A stretch of 60,156 nucleotides of DNA, the filler included, from Ionaspis alba (lineage: Eukaryota), in NCBI GenBank assembly GCA_964255285.1. It is 5 parts of 5 records of this genome, joined end to end, with 100 filler letters (N's around TTAATTAATTAA, not from the genome) between each part and the next. Parts side by side here need not be neighbours in the genome. Positions count along the whole stretch, not along the records: positions 24,193 to 36,118 come from CAXUUL010000530.1; 4 more parts are not named here. One strand, given 5' to 3'. Every line of letters begins with the position of its first letter. Within the stretch, counting starts at the first letter, position 1. The notes beneath the pieces were generated by a model. That model was not told where the DNA came from, ran no database searches, and saw nothing but the letters and a program-made list of their open reading frames with translations. The position numbers and the translations under genes were made by a program. Below are positions 24,387 through 36,218 of this stretch, piece by piece.

Positions 24387-26097
24387 ATGTTTTCACTAGT
24401 TTCGTATGAGGCTGTTGGCCCATTCGGCTCACTGGCGCTTGTCAGTCTTATTTATACCGCCACGCACAGGCTGTACCTGAGTCCTCTTTCCAGCATACCC
24501 GGTCCCAGAGTCGCAGCCCTAACCTTCTGTTATGAGATCTATTTCAACATAGTCAAACCGGGCATGTTTGTATGGGAAATTCAAAGGTTGCACGAGATCT
24601 ACGGTATGCCACAATCGGTTCTAGGCTGACATAGGCTGTTGTGCTAACAAATTTGATGTTAGGGCCAATCATCCGTATCAATACTTGCGAGATCACATTT
24701 CCGATCTCAACTTTCTCGATGAAATTTATTCGACACTGCGCCATCGAAACAAAGATGAGCAAGCAGTCAGTGGGCTTGATGTGGGCCTATCGCTTGGCGG
24801 GACCTGTCCACATGAGCTGCATAGACGACGATGAGAGGCGCTCACTCCCTTCTTCAGCAAAAGAAGGGTTGCAAGCTCGAGTCATTTGTACTGGCAAAAG
24901 TCAAACAACTCTGCGAACAATTCGAGGAGTGTAAACGTCGAAAGGTGCCTGTCAATCTAAGCGACGCCTATTTAGCTTTCAGTCAGGATCTTGTTAAACA
25001 ATATGGGTTTGGCCACGATCAAGACCTGGTGGGTGACTGGAAACGAGCTGCAATTGCCCATGAGAACTTGAATAGTTTCATGATGGACACTCATGACACA
25101 ATGTATTTTGGTTGGACATTCATTCCATTGTTGATTTTACCTCAAAGAGTCATCAAGGCTTTGGCACCTCCATTGGACGAATTCATGCAGTTTCAAGAGG
25201 TTTGTTGCTGTCCGCCACCGGCTTGTGCTACCAAGAATCACTGTTGCTCATTGAGTATCTACGTGTGCTAGAAAATACGAGCTTAAGTTGCAGAGGTCCT
25301 TGCGGACCCTGAAAGAAGCTCTGGAGAAAAATGACCAAGGCGAAAGGAAAACTATATTCTACGGACTTCGCTATAACACATCCTTGCCACCAGAGGAAAA
25401 GAGTTTGCATCGACTGATGCACGAGGGATTGCTCTTGGTAACAGCAGGTGCCTTCAATCCTCGACTGGTGGGCAAAGTCAAGCGGGTACTGACAAGCATC
25501 TCAGGCAGCGAGTCAACAGCCAAGTCCGTGGTAATCACACGTTATCATTTGCTAGCCAATCCGCATATCATGCAAAAGCTGAGTGAGGAGCTCAAGACTT
25601 TGTTCCCGACAGCCTCGTGGGCTGAGCACGAGCAATCACCTTATCTGAATGGAGTCATCACGGAAGGAAATCGACTCAGCTTCTGGCTCACAGGACGAAA
25701 TTGTACGGTAGCTCTTACCGAGACTCTTCGATACCGGAACTACACTGTTCCTCCAGACACTCCCGTCTCGACCATGAGTCTCTTTGTTAACGCTTCTACT
25801 GTATACTATCCCGAGCCGTGGACATTCGATCCAGAGCGACGGATCGGCGAGGAGGCCAAGGATCGCCGCAAGTATCTGACGTCTTTTGGCAAAGGCTCAC
25901 GCAGATGTATCGGAGTCAATCTAGCGTACTTGGAGCTATATCTTGCCATTGCAGCCGTGGTAGGATACGATCTTGAACATTTCCATATGATTATTACTGA
26001 TGTAGAGTTCTAGTATGAGTACATGACTCTACAGCCTAAGCTAGGGTCTAAAGGAATCAGAGTAACAGTGAAGGGACGCGCTGATGCGACTGTCTAA
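24387..26097 (+). pseudogene. Cytochrome P450 pseudogene (trichodiene-oxygenase-like group)
   Basis: PLSSIPGP, GPIIRIN, AGSEST, EGNR, PERR and the heme motif FGKGSRRCIG are present. It carries 1-bp frameshifts near 24693 and 24875, an in-frame TGA at 24832-24834, and a premature TAG at 26011-26013 before the PKLGSKGIRV tail. Confidence 0.85.
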
Positions 26098-26528
26098 GAT
26101 AGAACACTGAAAATGAGCTTTCGGCTACATGGAATAGATGATCGAGCTTGTATTTTTCTTTCATACTCCAGCTCTTGAATCGTGTAGTAGACTCCAAAGA
26201 TCAGATCCGAACAATCGAGACTAATCTGCCCCGTTTAAACAAGGAATTCCTCTAATAAATTATTCAATATCACTGTGCTTGAGACTCGGTCTGCTTGAAG
26301 GGTCTGAGCGAGTCAAGCTTTCCATTAGCGCGTGCCCCGTAAAGTACGCCAAGACAAAGCACACGCGCTTGTTCTTCCATGCATGTGACGCCCCTCCGCC
26401 ACGCCAGACAAAGCTAAGCCTTTCGAAGTATCATATGTAGTTCATCATCTTTACTTCATCATTCCGCCTCCCTATATTTCCAGTGTTCCGGTCTCCTCGT
26501 CTTCCATCGAGCAACTAAAACATCTAAG

Positions 26529-27470
26529 ATGGCTGCAAACACAAAGTACCAGCAAGCGCCTCAGCGTGATTCTTTTGAAGAAGGGAACTACTCCCAAGCG
26601 CCTCCGTCTTACCAGGCAGAGAGCAGCAACAACAATCCTCTGCTTGGAACGCCTAGATCTGAGGACGATAATGTTCCAGATGATTTCAAGGTATCCTCTA
26701 TAGCAGCCTTGTTACGACTTCCTCAAGGGCAAAGCTAACATTTTACCAGTTTGGTGGCTCTGTCGCTGAGGCCACCTTACCCATCCGCATGCAATTTGTC
26801 CGCAAGGTCTACTCGATATTGTGAGTGTTCACAGAAGTGTTGTCATGCTGAGCTATCAACTGATTTTCTGTCTAGAACCGTCCAGCTGGTCTCCACCGTC
26901 GCACTCAGCTCCATCTCCTACTTCAGCAAGGGTTACAAGAGCTGGATCCAGTCGAATACATGGATGTTATGGGTCTCGCTTTTCGGTGCCATCGGCATGA
27001 TGTTGCTCACCTACTGGAAGCGCAAGTCTTATCCTACGAACCTCTTCTTCTTGGGCGGCTTCACAGCCTTGGAGGCATACTCGATCTCCGTCATCGTCTC
27101 CTTCTACAACTCTAGGATCGTACTGGAAGCTCTAATCATAACTCTCGGAATATTCTTCGGTCTTACACTGTTCGCTTGTCAGACGAAGTATGACTTCACT
27201 TCATGGATGCCATACCTATTCGGAGCTCTTTGGGGTCTCATCTTGTTTGGCTTCCTAGCAGTCATCCTCCCTCCCACCAGCACGACAGAACTTATCTACG
27301 GAGGGTTGGCCGCTTTGATATTCAGTGGCTATATATTGGTGGACACACAGTTGATCATGCGGCACTACCACGTTGAGGAGGAAATCGCTGCTGCCATTTC
27401 TCTTTACCTCGACATCATCAATCTCTTCCTGGCTATCCTGAGGATTCTGAACAGCCAGCAGAACAACTAA
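26529..27470 (+). CDS. BXI1: Bax inhibitor-1/TMBIM family membrane protein
   Basis: DDNVPDDFK|FGGSVAEATLPIRMQFVRKVYSIL, RKSYPTNL, QTKYDFTSW, YILVDTQLIM, SLYLDIINLFLAILRIL; two introns. Confidence 0.93.
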
Positions 27471-28501
27471 GAGCTGCGTATGATATAAGCTTGGAGGAGG
27501 AAACAGGTCAACAACCAGGAATGAGCAACGATGAGGACGGTCAAAGACTGTATGGAGGCGTAAATCATGGCGTTCAAAGGCTAGAGATCGTGCGACGGAT
27601 AGGCTTTCTCACAGGATTGAGCATGCAGTTGCAGCAGATTGCATTCTTTTGTTTTTCTGTAGGAACAAATCAATCACAATACTCATGATACTTTGCTGAT
27701 GAGTTCTTTTGATCGAGAATGTAGCCAGAGATATACAGCTGATCAAGGGTCTCAGCACTGGCAACAGGATTTGCATAAAGATCTTACAATGAAAATGTCC
27801 ACGTGTTGCAGTCCATGTAGTCCTCGCCGCGAGTGACATGCCAAGCGGCTTACGAAATAGCTGGCAGACTTTCAATAGGCTTTACCTCGTACAAGATTTA
27901 CCACTATTCTACAAGTCGCGTGCATGTATCTGGACTGTACAGTGCGAGATTTGGGCGTGATCAATCGAGCCGTCCTCATTGGCCAACCAAGCGGGAGACC
28001 CTAACGAGGGAGAGACGATAAACTTTTAGTACACCTCGACCCATTTAGTACGCTCTGACCGNNNNNNNNNNNNNNNNNNNNNNNNNNNNNNNNNNNNNNN
28101 NNNNNNNNNNNNNNNNNNNNNNNNNNNNNNNNNNNNNNNNNNNNNNNNNNNNNNNNNNNNNGCCACAAGGGAGAACTTCTCGACATTGGCAATGTGGGGT
28201 ACTAGCAGCAGTGATGTGATGCGACAACAACTCCTCCAGTCGTATTGACCACGTTCGTTTGGCAATTGTGTCGAGTCCTTGAGTCAATAACTTTTCATCT
28301 CTTCAACGCTCTGCCGTTCATTGAACCCGAACAATTTGACGAAGTAACGACTTTGCAGTTCACGAACTCACTATTCACAAGTACGGCATTGCTTTCGTTC
28401 GAACTCGCTATCATTCCAGACTGCGCAATTGACGTGTGCCCACGACATTCTTACTGCAACGAAGAAACCATTGGTCTTGTCCTTTGAAAAGCTCCGGCAA
28501 G

Positions 28502-30146
28502 ATGGCAGTCCAGGAGTCAATGGCCTCAAGATTCCCGGGTCACATTCAGCAGGATATGTCTAAATTAAGAGAGGAGGAGAAAACAAACAGTCTGGGGGAT
28601 TGTACCATGCAGGATATGCCCGAGCAAGATGCTCCTGCGTGGGAGCGACAGCAGGCGCAGAGACCAATTGTTACCAAACGCAAGACTGCGAAGACTGAAG
28701 AGAGCTTGCTTGGAGCTCTTTGCACCTGGATTGTCGAGCATCAGATCGGTAAGCATTCGAACCGCGGCACCCAGGGCGATTGCACTCAACTAATTGAGGA
28801 CTAGGTCTTGCTATGAACCTACTACTCCTACTTGCTTTGACGCATATGTGCTTTCCTCGAGCTCGACGGCATACTCGGAAGTTCTTTGATCTCTCATACT
28901 ACAATCCTTCGTCAGGCAGGTATACAATGGGTTGGGATGACATGTTCATGGTCTTTCATTGGATCGTCGTTTTTACCGGCCTACGAGTCGCTGTGATGGA
29001 CTATGTTCTGGTGCCGTTGGCAGAATATGCAGGTATAGAGAAAAAGAAAGAAAGGGTTCGGTTTGCAGAGCAGGCATGGATATTTCTTTACCCTGGCGCT
29101 TTCTGGTCATTGGGAATGGTAAGCAATGCGAACACTTAGTTGGATGTGATTTTGTTAATGGAACCCAGTACATTATGTACAGGTCGGAATACTGGCTCGA
29201 CCTTCGAAACCTCTGGGTCAACTGGCCCGACCGAGAAATGGACGGTTTGTTCAAATGGTATTATCTCGTACAGTTTGCATTCTGGTTGCAACAAATCCTG
29301 GTCGTCAACATAGAAGAGAGGCGGAAAGATTATGCACAGATGTTCACTCATCATGTCATCACAAGCGTGTTGATGCTCACGAGCTACGCCTATCATCAGA
29401 CGAAAGTGGGGAATCTAATCCTGTGTCTCATGGATGTTGTTGATATTGTTCTCCCGGTAAGCTCATTTCGCTGCTGGTGAGCCGCTTAACATCAGCTGAT
29501 CTCCCCACCTGAGTAGCTCGCGAAGATGCTGAAGTATCTAAAATACCAGCTGGCCTGTGACATTGCGTTCGGCGTTTTCATGGTTGTATGGTTCGTCTCA
29601 CGCCACGTTCTCTACATGAGAGTCTGCTATTCGATATGGGTCGATATACCTAAGGAGATCAAGTACGGCTGCTACTGGGGATCGAACCAAGATCTCCATG
29701 GACCTATCGACACTCCAAACGACTTCAATCACCTTACCCAGCCCTTCAAGGATCCTGAGGGACTAGTCTGCTGGAACAACGGCATCAAATGGACTTTCCT
29801 CGGCATGCTGTTGTCTCTTCAAGTGATTCTGTTGATCTGGTTTGGGATGATTATGAGGGTTGCTTGGAAAGTCATCAAAGGTGGCGAAGCGGAGGACTCC
29901 AGAAGCGACGACGAAGACGAAGACGAAGAAGACATCCAGCCACAGCACAAACCCTATCAGAACTCTCCTTACATCGAGTCCCCACCCCTGGAGGAGGAAG
30001 TCGGTGTGGAAGCGATTAACCTGAATAGTCGCAAATCGAGCCCTGGACGACGGTACAGGAAGGGAGGTGGTACCGCAAGCGGTGTCACATTACACAGCGA
30101 TCGCAAGGAGTTACTTGGTCGGATTGGGTGCGATAAAGGCGCCTAA
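28502..30146 (+). CDS. LAG1: Ceramide synthase (sphingosine N-acyltransferase, Lag1/TLC domain; probably BarA-type clade); start ATG uncertain
   Basis: RFAEQAW, the Lag1 motif RKDYAQMFTHHVIT..LMDVVD, AEDSRSDDE and the terminal ELLGRIGCDK; three introns. Confidence 0.9.
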
Positions 30147-30593
30147 ATGATAGAGCATCAAAGGCCCTTCTGAGGGGATATTTGCCTCAACCTTCTTCGC
30201 TATTTTGAGTTCGTGCAGCGTTATACCAGTTAGCTTGAGCGGGTTTAGACAAAATGCGAATAGGAGGATATTTCGAATAGTCTACGTTTATGATTCGCCG
30301 TCATACTTGATACGTAGAGGTGGTGCTCTACAGACATCTTCGAAGAATTAGTGATACAAGGCCCCGAACTGAGATTTTCGAAACCTATTCACTAGAGGAG
30401 TAAGGCTACTTGGGTCGTTGTCCTACAATGGCTTCATGTACAAAAATGCAAGCTAACCCTGTTTGGGATGCGAAAGTCAACACCCCATATTTCNNNNNNN
30501 NNNNNNNNNNNNNNNNNNNNNNNNNNNNNNNNNNNNNNNNNNNNNNNNNNNNNNNNNNNNNNNNNNNNNNNNNNNNNNNNNNNNNNNNNNNNN

Positions 30594-32343
30594 GAAGATA
30601 TCTGGTCTTCCCTCCTCGACAGCGTCGCGAGCGGAAAACGCTTGCCGGAGAAGCAGCTCCTGGTTCTAGGTACTCACCTTCTGTACTATGCAAAACTCAT
30701 CGATCTGACACGACACTGATCGCAGGTGGCCAACCCGAAACCCAAAAAGAATTCCTCTCCACCTTCACCGCGGATGATGCCCGCAAACCACACGAGCGTC
30801 ACCGCAGGAAACCACCCATTGCGAACGAGTTCGCCTTGGGGTACACCTACCACGATGTCCTGGACGCGGATCACGAAGGTGCGCCTGAGGGCTTTACACT
30901 CCCTTTGCCTCGCATATTGATCTCTTGCTAAAAGCCACTAGATATCCTGGCCCGTCTCTCGATTTACACGTTACCCTCGCCTGACATAGCTTTCGCTCCT
31001 CTACTTGTGCCGCTGCTCACGAAACGGACAGTCCCGGAAACATTACTAGTGATATTGCTCGATTGGGCTGAGCCATGGAACTGGGTAAGACAGATACGGG
31101 ATCGAATTCGGCTGCTTAGAGAGGTGTTGATGGCGCTGGACGAGGAGACGAAGGAGGTTATGGGTCAGATCATGGAGGAGTGGCAGCAAAGGAGACGAGG
31201 GGGTGGTGGGGGATATGAAGGTGGTGGCGGTGCGGGTGTGGGTGAAGGTGATGTAGTGATACCCCTGGGTCCAGGAGAGTGGGATGAGGCGCTTGGACTA
31301 CCGTTATGTGTGGTCTGCTATAATGTGGGTTTTGCGCTGAGCTAATGATCTTTGGATGCGCGGCTGACAAGCGGGTCAGTCAGATAAAATTGATATACTG
31401 GAGAAGGAGAGAGGATGGAGGGAGGAGGAGTTTGACTACGTTTTACAGTTCTTGAGGACGGTACTCTTGAAGCGTAAGCTGCCAGCGAGTCGAGGTTATA
31501 GCGGAGAAGATGGCTGATTGTTGGGCAGATGGCGCATCATTAATATACACCTCGAGTTCTATGCCAAATTCGCTGCCTACGTTGATCCACTCTACCCTTG
31601 GCATACATTCTCTGCTAAAGCGACAGCCATTGAAGCACAATGTGATCGACCGCGACAGAATACTTATCCCACCAAATTGGGATTCATGGGGCAAGATCAG
31701 GGTGCTACGAGAAGGTTTCGACGTCGAGGGTATCAGCAGAGGATGGAGCATGGATATTGAGCCAATCAAGGACGGAGCTGCAAGTGGAAGGTCAAAGACC
31801 AGTAGGGACGGCGAGAAGCTGGAGGAGCAGCACGAGAAGGGGAAAGCAGCTGGTGATGAGCAAGGCCCTTTGACAGACTACGAAGAGACCATCCACAACC
31901 CACGCCATAACAACGATCTTGAGAGCCTCAAGGCGCCCAGGAACGGACTCGAGGTCGAAACACCAAATATGCAGGACTTCCTCGCCAGTCAGCTCGAAGT
32001 CATGGAGCGGCTCAAAGCTGAGGAAGATCAAGCCATAGAAAGCAAGGACGCCAAATCGACGGCACTTCTGGGAAAAGGCAACAGCTCTCATGGCCTCCTT
32101 GAAGACAGGAGCCGTGTCAACGAGCACATTGGGCCCGTCCAATTCAACATGGGAGGCATTCAAGTTGATGCCGAAGATATGCTCAAGCGACTCGGTGATC
32201 GAGAGCGCGAAGAGACTCCTGATCGAGAAGGCCAAGGGCCCACAACTCCAGATGGGAAGTCACAGAATGAGGCGCTCGCGAATTTCTTTGCAGGTCTGAT
32301 GAAGAGGGGTGGCAGTAACAGTCCACGGCAAGCACCGTCCTGA
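30594..32343 (+). CDS. Cytoplasmic dynein light intermediate chain, 5' end in gap
   Basis: IWSSLLDSVASGKRLPEK, PPIANEFALGYTYHDVLD, LLDWAEPW, QFLRTVLLK, IPPNWDSWGKIRVLREGFD, C-terminal EALANFFAGLM. Confidence 0.9.
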
Positions 32344-32675
32344 ATGGTCATTCCTCCTAGCTTGAGAGGCATAACGGTGATTGATATATTTGCTCCTGTC
32401 TTACCTGATAACACAATGTCCGCTAGACTGAAAGCAGGGCAGGCTTGCCTTCAGCTGCCGAGATCGCAGCAAGCACATATATCGCTACGCAGTAGCTTCG
32501 TTGCTCTCGGTGCCTGGAGCTGCGTCGACAAGCGGAATCCGGTATCCGCGGCATTCAGGCACAGGGAGCAGGGGTAGTTGAGTGGCTACGTTCCGTGGAG
32601 AGGCATGAACAGCCACTGCATTGGGTTCGGAGAGCAATCCGACTGCCACTAGAACAGCGGACGATAGGAAGTTTC

Positions 32676-35053
32676 TCACTCCTGGAATTCCACCAGAGCA
32701 GTTCCAGCTTTACATAAATCCTTAAACTGTGTTAGCAGTGCGAGTGTCTAGTCGAAGCAACGATGTTGGAATGTATACTTACGCCCTGACGATGGACTAT
32801 TTTCGCAATGACTCCGTCTTGAGGACTTCTTATGACCGTCTCCATCTTCATGCTTTCTATCACGACCAGCGCTTGGTCCTTTGTTACTGAGTCTCCTTCA
32901 TTGACATCTACCCTGAGGATCTTGCAGGGCATAGGAGCCAGCACACTGTTGGTGATGTCTTTGATGCCCAAAGCTTTCTCCATCCACTTGGGAGTTGCAT
33001 AGTTCAGTCGATATTGAGACCCTTGCTGGAATAATGTAATTTTGCCTTCGTCAATGATAACTCTTGTCTCCAAACGAGTATGTGGAAAGAACGAAGTTAT
33101 TGTCCTAGTCTTCCTATTCCAGTGACATCTCACGGCAGAGTAAGTTGAGCCGCCGACGACGACATCAAAAATACCTTCACCCGTCTGCCTGACACGAATT
33201 TCCGTCTCCGTAGGCTCTTTTGTCCCAGCAGTAAATCGAAGAACTCTGTCTTGGAAGCTGACTATAAATCCAGAATGGTCCTGATTCTTCGGAGAGCCTC
33301 TGCGGAGCATCGCTGATTCTTGTAGAATTGTACCCAGTGCTGCTTGTGCAAATACCTCTGGAGGAATATGGGTGTCGCGGAATAGCTCTTCCTTATGTTT
33401 GGGGATGAAACCCGTCTCGACATTCCCTACGATGAAATCTGGATGCTGGCAGACACGTTTGAGAAACGGTATGTTAGTAATAGGACCTGCGATCTCGTAC
33501 TGCTCCAGAGCAGCAAGCAGTTTCTGGACAGCAGCCGTTCGATCAGGGCCTTGGACGATCAATTTCGCTATCATCGGATCATAATACGAAGAAACCTCAT
33601 CTCCAGCTACGAAGCCTGCATCGACGCGTACTGTGTCGCTGATTTCTGGTGTTCGTAGGTGAAGTAGTCTGCCCGAGTCCGGTATGAAGTCCCTGGAGCG
33701 TATGAGCAGTGCAGACACGAGGATTTGTCAAATACAAACATGTCGGGATTCTCTGCATATATCCTTGCTTCGATAGCCGACCCACGTTGTGCAATACGTT
33801 CTTCTATCCGCGCCTGATTCATTGGAAGTTCGCCGCCGGCCGCCACGATGAGTTGCCAATGCACCAAATCTTCTCCTGTGACCATCTCCGTAACAGGATG
33901 CTCAACTTGCAGTCTCGTATTCATTTCCATGAAGAAGAACTCGCCTGTATCATTGTCGAATATGAACTCAACAGTCCCCGCACCTTCGTACCCAACCGCA
34001 AGGGCTGCGGCACGAGCTTTGGCCCACAAATCTTGACGCACCGCTTCGTCAAGATGTGGTGCTGGTGATTCCTCAAGTATCTTCTGGTGCCTTCGTTGAA
34101 TGCTACAATCTCGCTCCCCCAAAGCAACGCAGTTTCCATACTTGTCAGCAAAGACCTGCACTTCGATATGCCGAGGAGTCGTGATATACTTCTCTACAAG
34201 AATCACGTCGTCGCCGAACGAGCTCCGAGCTTCCGATTTGGCAGATTCCAGTTGGTCTTCGAAGACCTCAGGTGTCAGGGCAATACGCATACCCTTCCCA
34301 CCACCTCCTTTGACTGCTTTTAGGAGGACAGGAAAGCCAATCTTGGCCGCTTCTGATTTGAGGAACTCGGGTTCCTGATTAGTACCGTGATAGCCTGGAA
34401 TGCATGGTACACCAGCTTCAATCATAATGTCCTTGGACCGGCTATTGCTTGTCAGTCCATCCAATAGATATATCTGAGGGATAAGTACCTCTTGTTTCCC
34501 ATGGCTTCGATTGCCTGCCATGGTGGACCAATGAATACGAGTCCTGCTTCTGTACATTTTTTTGCGAACGCGGAATTCTCGCTCAACTGGTGGAACTTAG
34601 TAACAGCCTTGTCTGCGTGAACGAGAGGAAGGTCACATACGAAGCCATATCCGGGATGGATGCCATTGCAACCTTGCTGTTTGGCTACTTTAATGATTCT
34701 GTCCCCATCCAGATAGGCCGTGGGATCTCCAAGATTGACGGCGAACGGAGAACTCAAGGCGTGTTGGGATTTGGCATCCGGATCAGTATAGATTGTTGTA
34801 GTACGAACCCCGTATTGAGATGCCGTTCGTCCTACCCGTCTGCAAACAAATTTTATTTATATTCAGCCTTGAAGTTGGTCTGGAAGGAATCTTACAATGC
34901 AATTTCTCCGCGATTGGCAATCAATATTGAGGTCAATGGCGTTGTTGCGGAGGAATGCTTTGCAGAAGTAGAAGACAGTCCACGTCTGGAAACGGAGGGA
35001 GTAACATGGAGCCCTAACAGTCTAGGTGTTCGTGATAGCTTTGCACAATACAT
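32676..35053 (-). CDS. mccA: 3-methylcrotonyl-CoA carboxylase alpha (biotin-containing) subunit, mitochondrial
   Basis: Presequence then SILIANRGEIAL, IHPGYGFLSEN, GGGGKGMR, RDCSIQRRHQK, EMNTRLQVEHPVTE, YYDPMIAKL, biotin site ESMKMET; ends DLCKAGTALVEFQE*. Confidence 0.9.
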
Positions 35054-35587
35054 GTTGAGAGAAGGAACAACGGTAAGTCCCCTTCCAACGTATTCAATTG
35101 TGTATGAAAGCTACATTCTCAAATCAGCTTCAATAGCACTTCGATATGCATAACACATTCAAGAAATATGAGAGTAAATGGTGGTACGAAAGAGGACTCC
35201 GTCGTCCTTGGCCGCGGCTAACCGAAGCGCGGGGTGGAAGAGAGCTCGAGGGCTGCCAGGGCACGAAGACCGCGTCTCGCCGCGTGCCTAGGACTGACAA
35301 TACCACGTTCAGATATTCGGAGATATTAATCTGTGCCTGAAATCGCTCAACGAGCCGTCCTTCACCGCGCTCTACCTGGAGCTTTATCTCAAACCACTCA
35401 ATTATACCACGTGCGTTGTTGCAAGGAACAGTACCGGCAACGCCCTTTGACCTTGTATGCCACCCGCCAGAGCTCGATCTACAGAGCTGTACCTTAACGA
35501 CTCTATTGCATTACCCTTGGAGGTAGATTTGGTCGACATTCCCTGCGAAGGTTAAAGGAATTCCTACAACCTCCCGCTTCCCACATC

Positions 35588-36118
35588 ATGTCTGATGATG
35601 AAGACGATTACTACGATGAAGATGACTATTTCTACATCGACGATGGCCCTGTAGCTGAAGCTGTGAGTATGACCTCCTGCAGAATGGTGCAACTTCCCAT
35701 GGCTGACCAATGATTATTGTTCTAGGATGATCTAGCCGAGCATGTGGTGCACTCTCCTGTTTGGCCAGACTATGACCCCTCCTACGATGTTGCTGAAGAG
35801 TTCAGTGACTGGGAGTACTACTCTGACGACTATTATGACCAAGAAGATCCACGAGCGAGAAAGAACGGACCTGTTGTGGATGGTACCGTGGAGGCAGCCA
35901 CAACGGTGAAAAGGAAAAGCACCACTCAAAATCATACCCGGAAGAAGAGGCGGAAAGTTGGTTCGGAAGAAGAGATCCCTGAATTTTCACTGGGTGGTTC
36001 TCTGGACGCTGGCGTCGATTTATCACACTCAACAAGGCCAATCGTCATCTGGAAGACCAAAAACCGATCACAAACACTACCGGTGGTTGCCGATGGGCAA
36101 GGCGAGAAGGTAGCATTG
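35588..36118 (+). CDS. Uncharacterised acidic protein with a basic NLS-like patch, 3' end truncated
   Basis: MSDDEDDYYDEDDYFYIDDGPVAEA, then a GTGAGT..CTGAC..TAG intron, then DDLAEHVVHSPVW..SDWEYYSDDYYD..RKKRRK. Confidence 0.75.
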
Positions 36119-36218
36119 NNNNNNNNNNNNNNNNNNNNNNNNNNNNNNNNNNNNNNNNNNNNTTAATTAATTAANNNNNNNNNNNNNNNNNNNNNNNNNN
36201 NNNNNNNNNNNNNNNNNN
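36119..36218. other. Artificial scaffold linker
   Basis: N44-TTAATTAATTAA(36163-36174)-N44. Confidence 0.97.

Noticed and set aside
27695..27745. CTGATGAG hammerhead-like core downstream of BXI1
   Set aside because: Stem II is mismatched and is followed by GAGA rather than GAAA; no flanking stems.
32840..32860. ESMKM instead of EAMKM at the MCC biotin site
   Set aside because: The biotinylated MKM is intact, and this variant is usual in fungal MCC alpha subunits.
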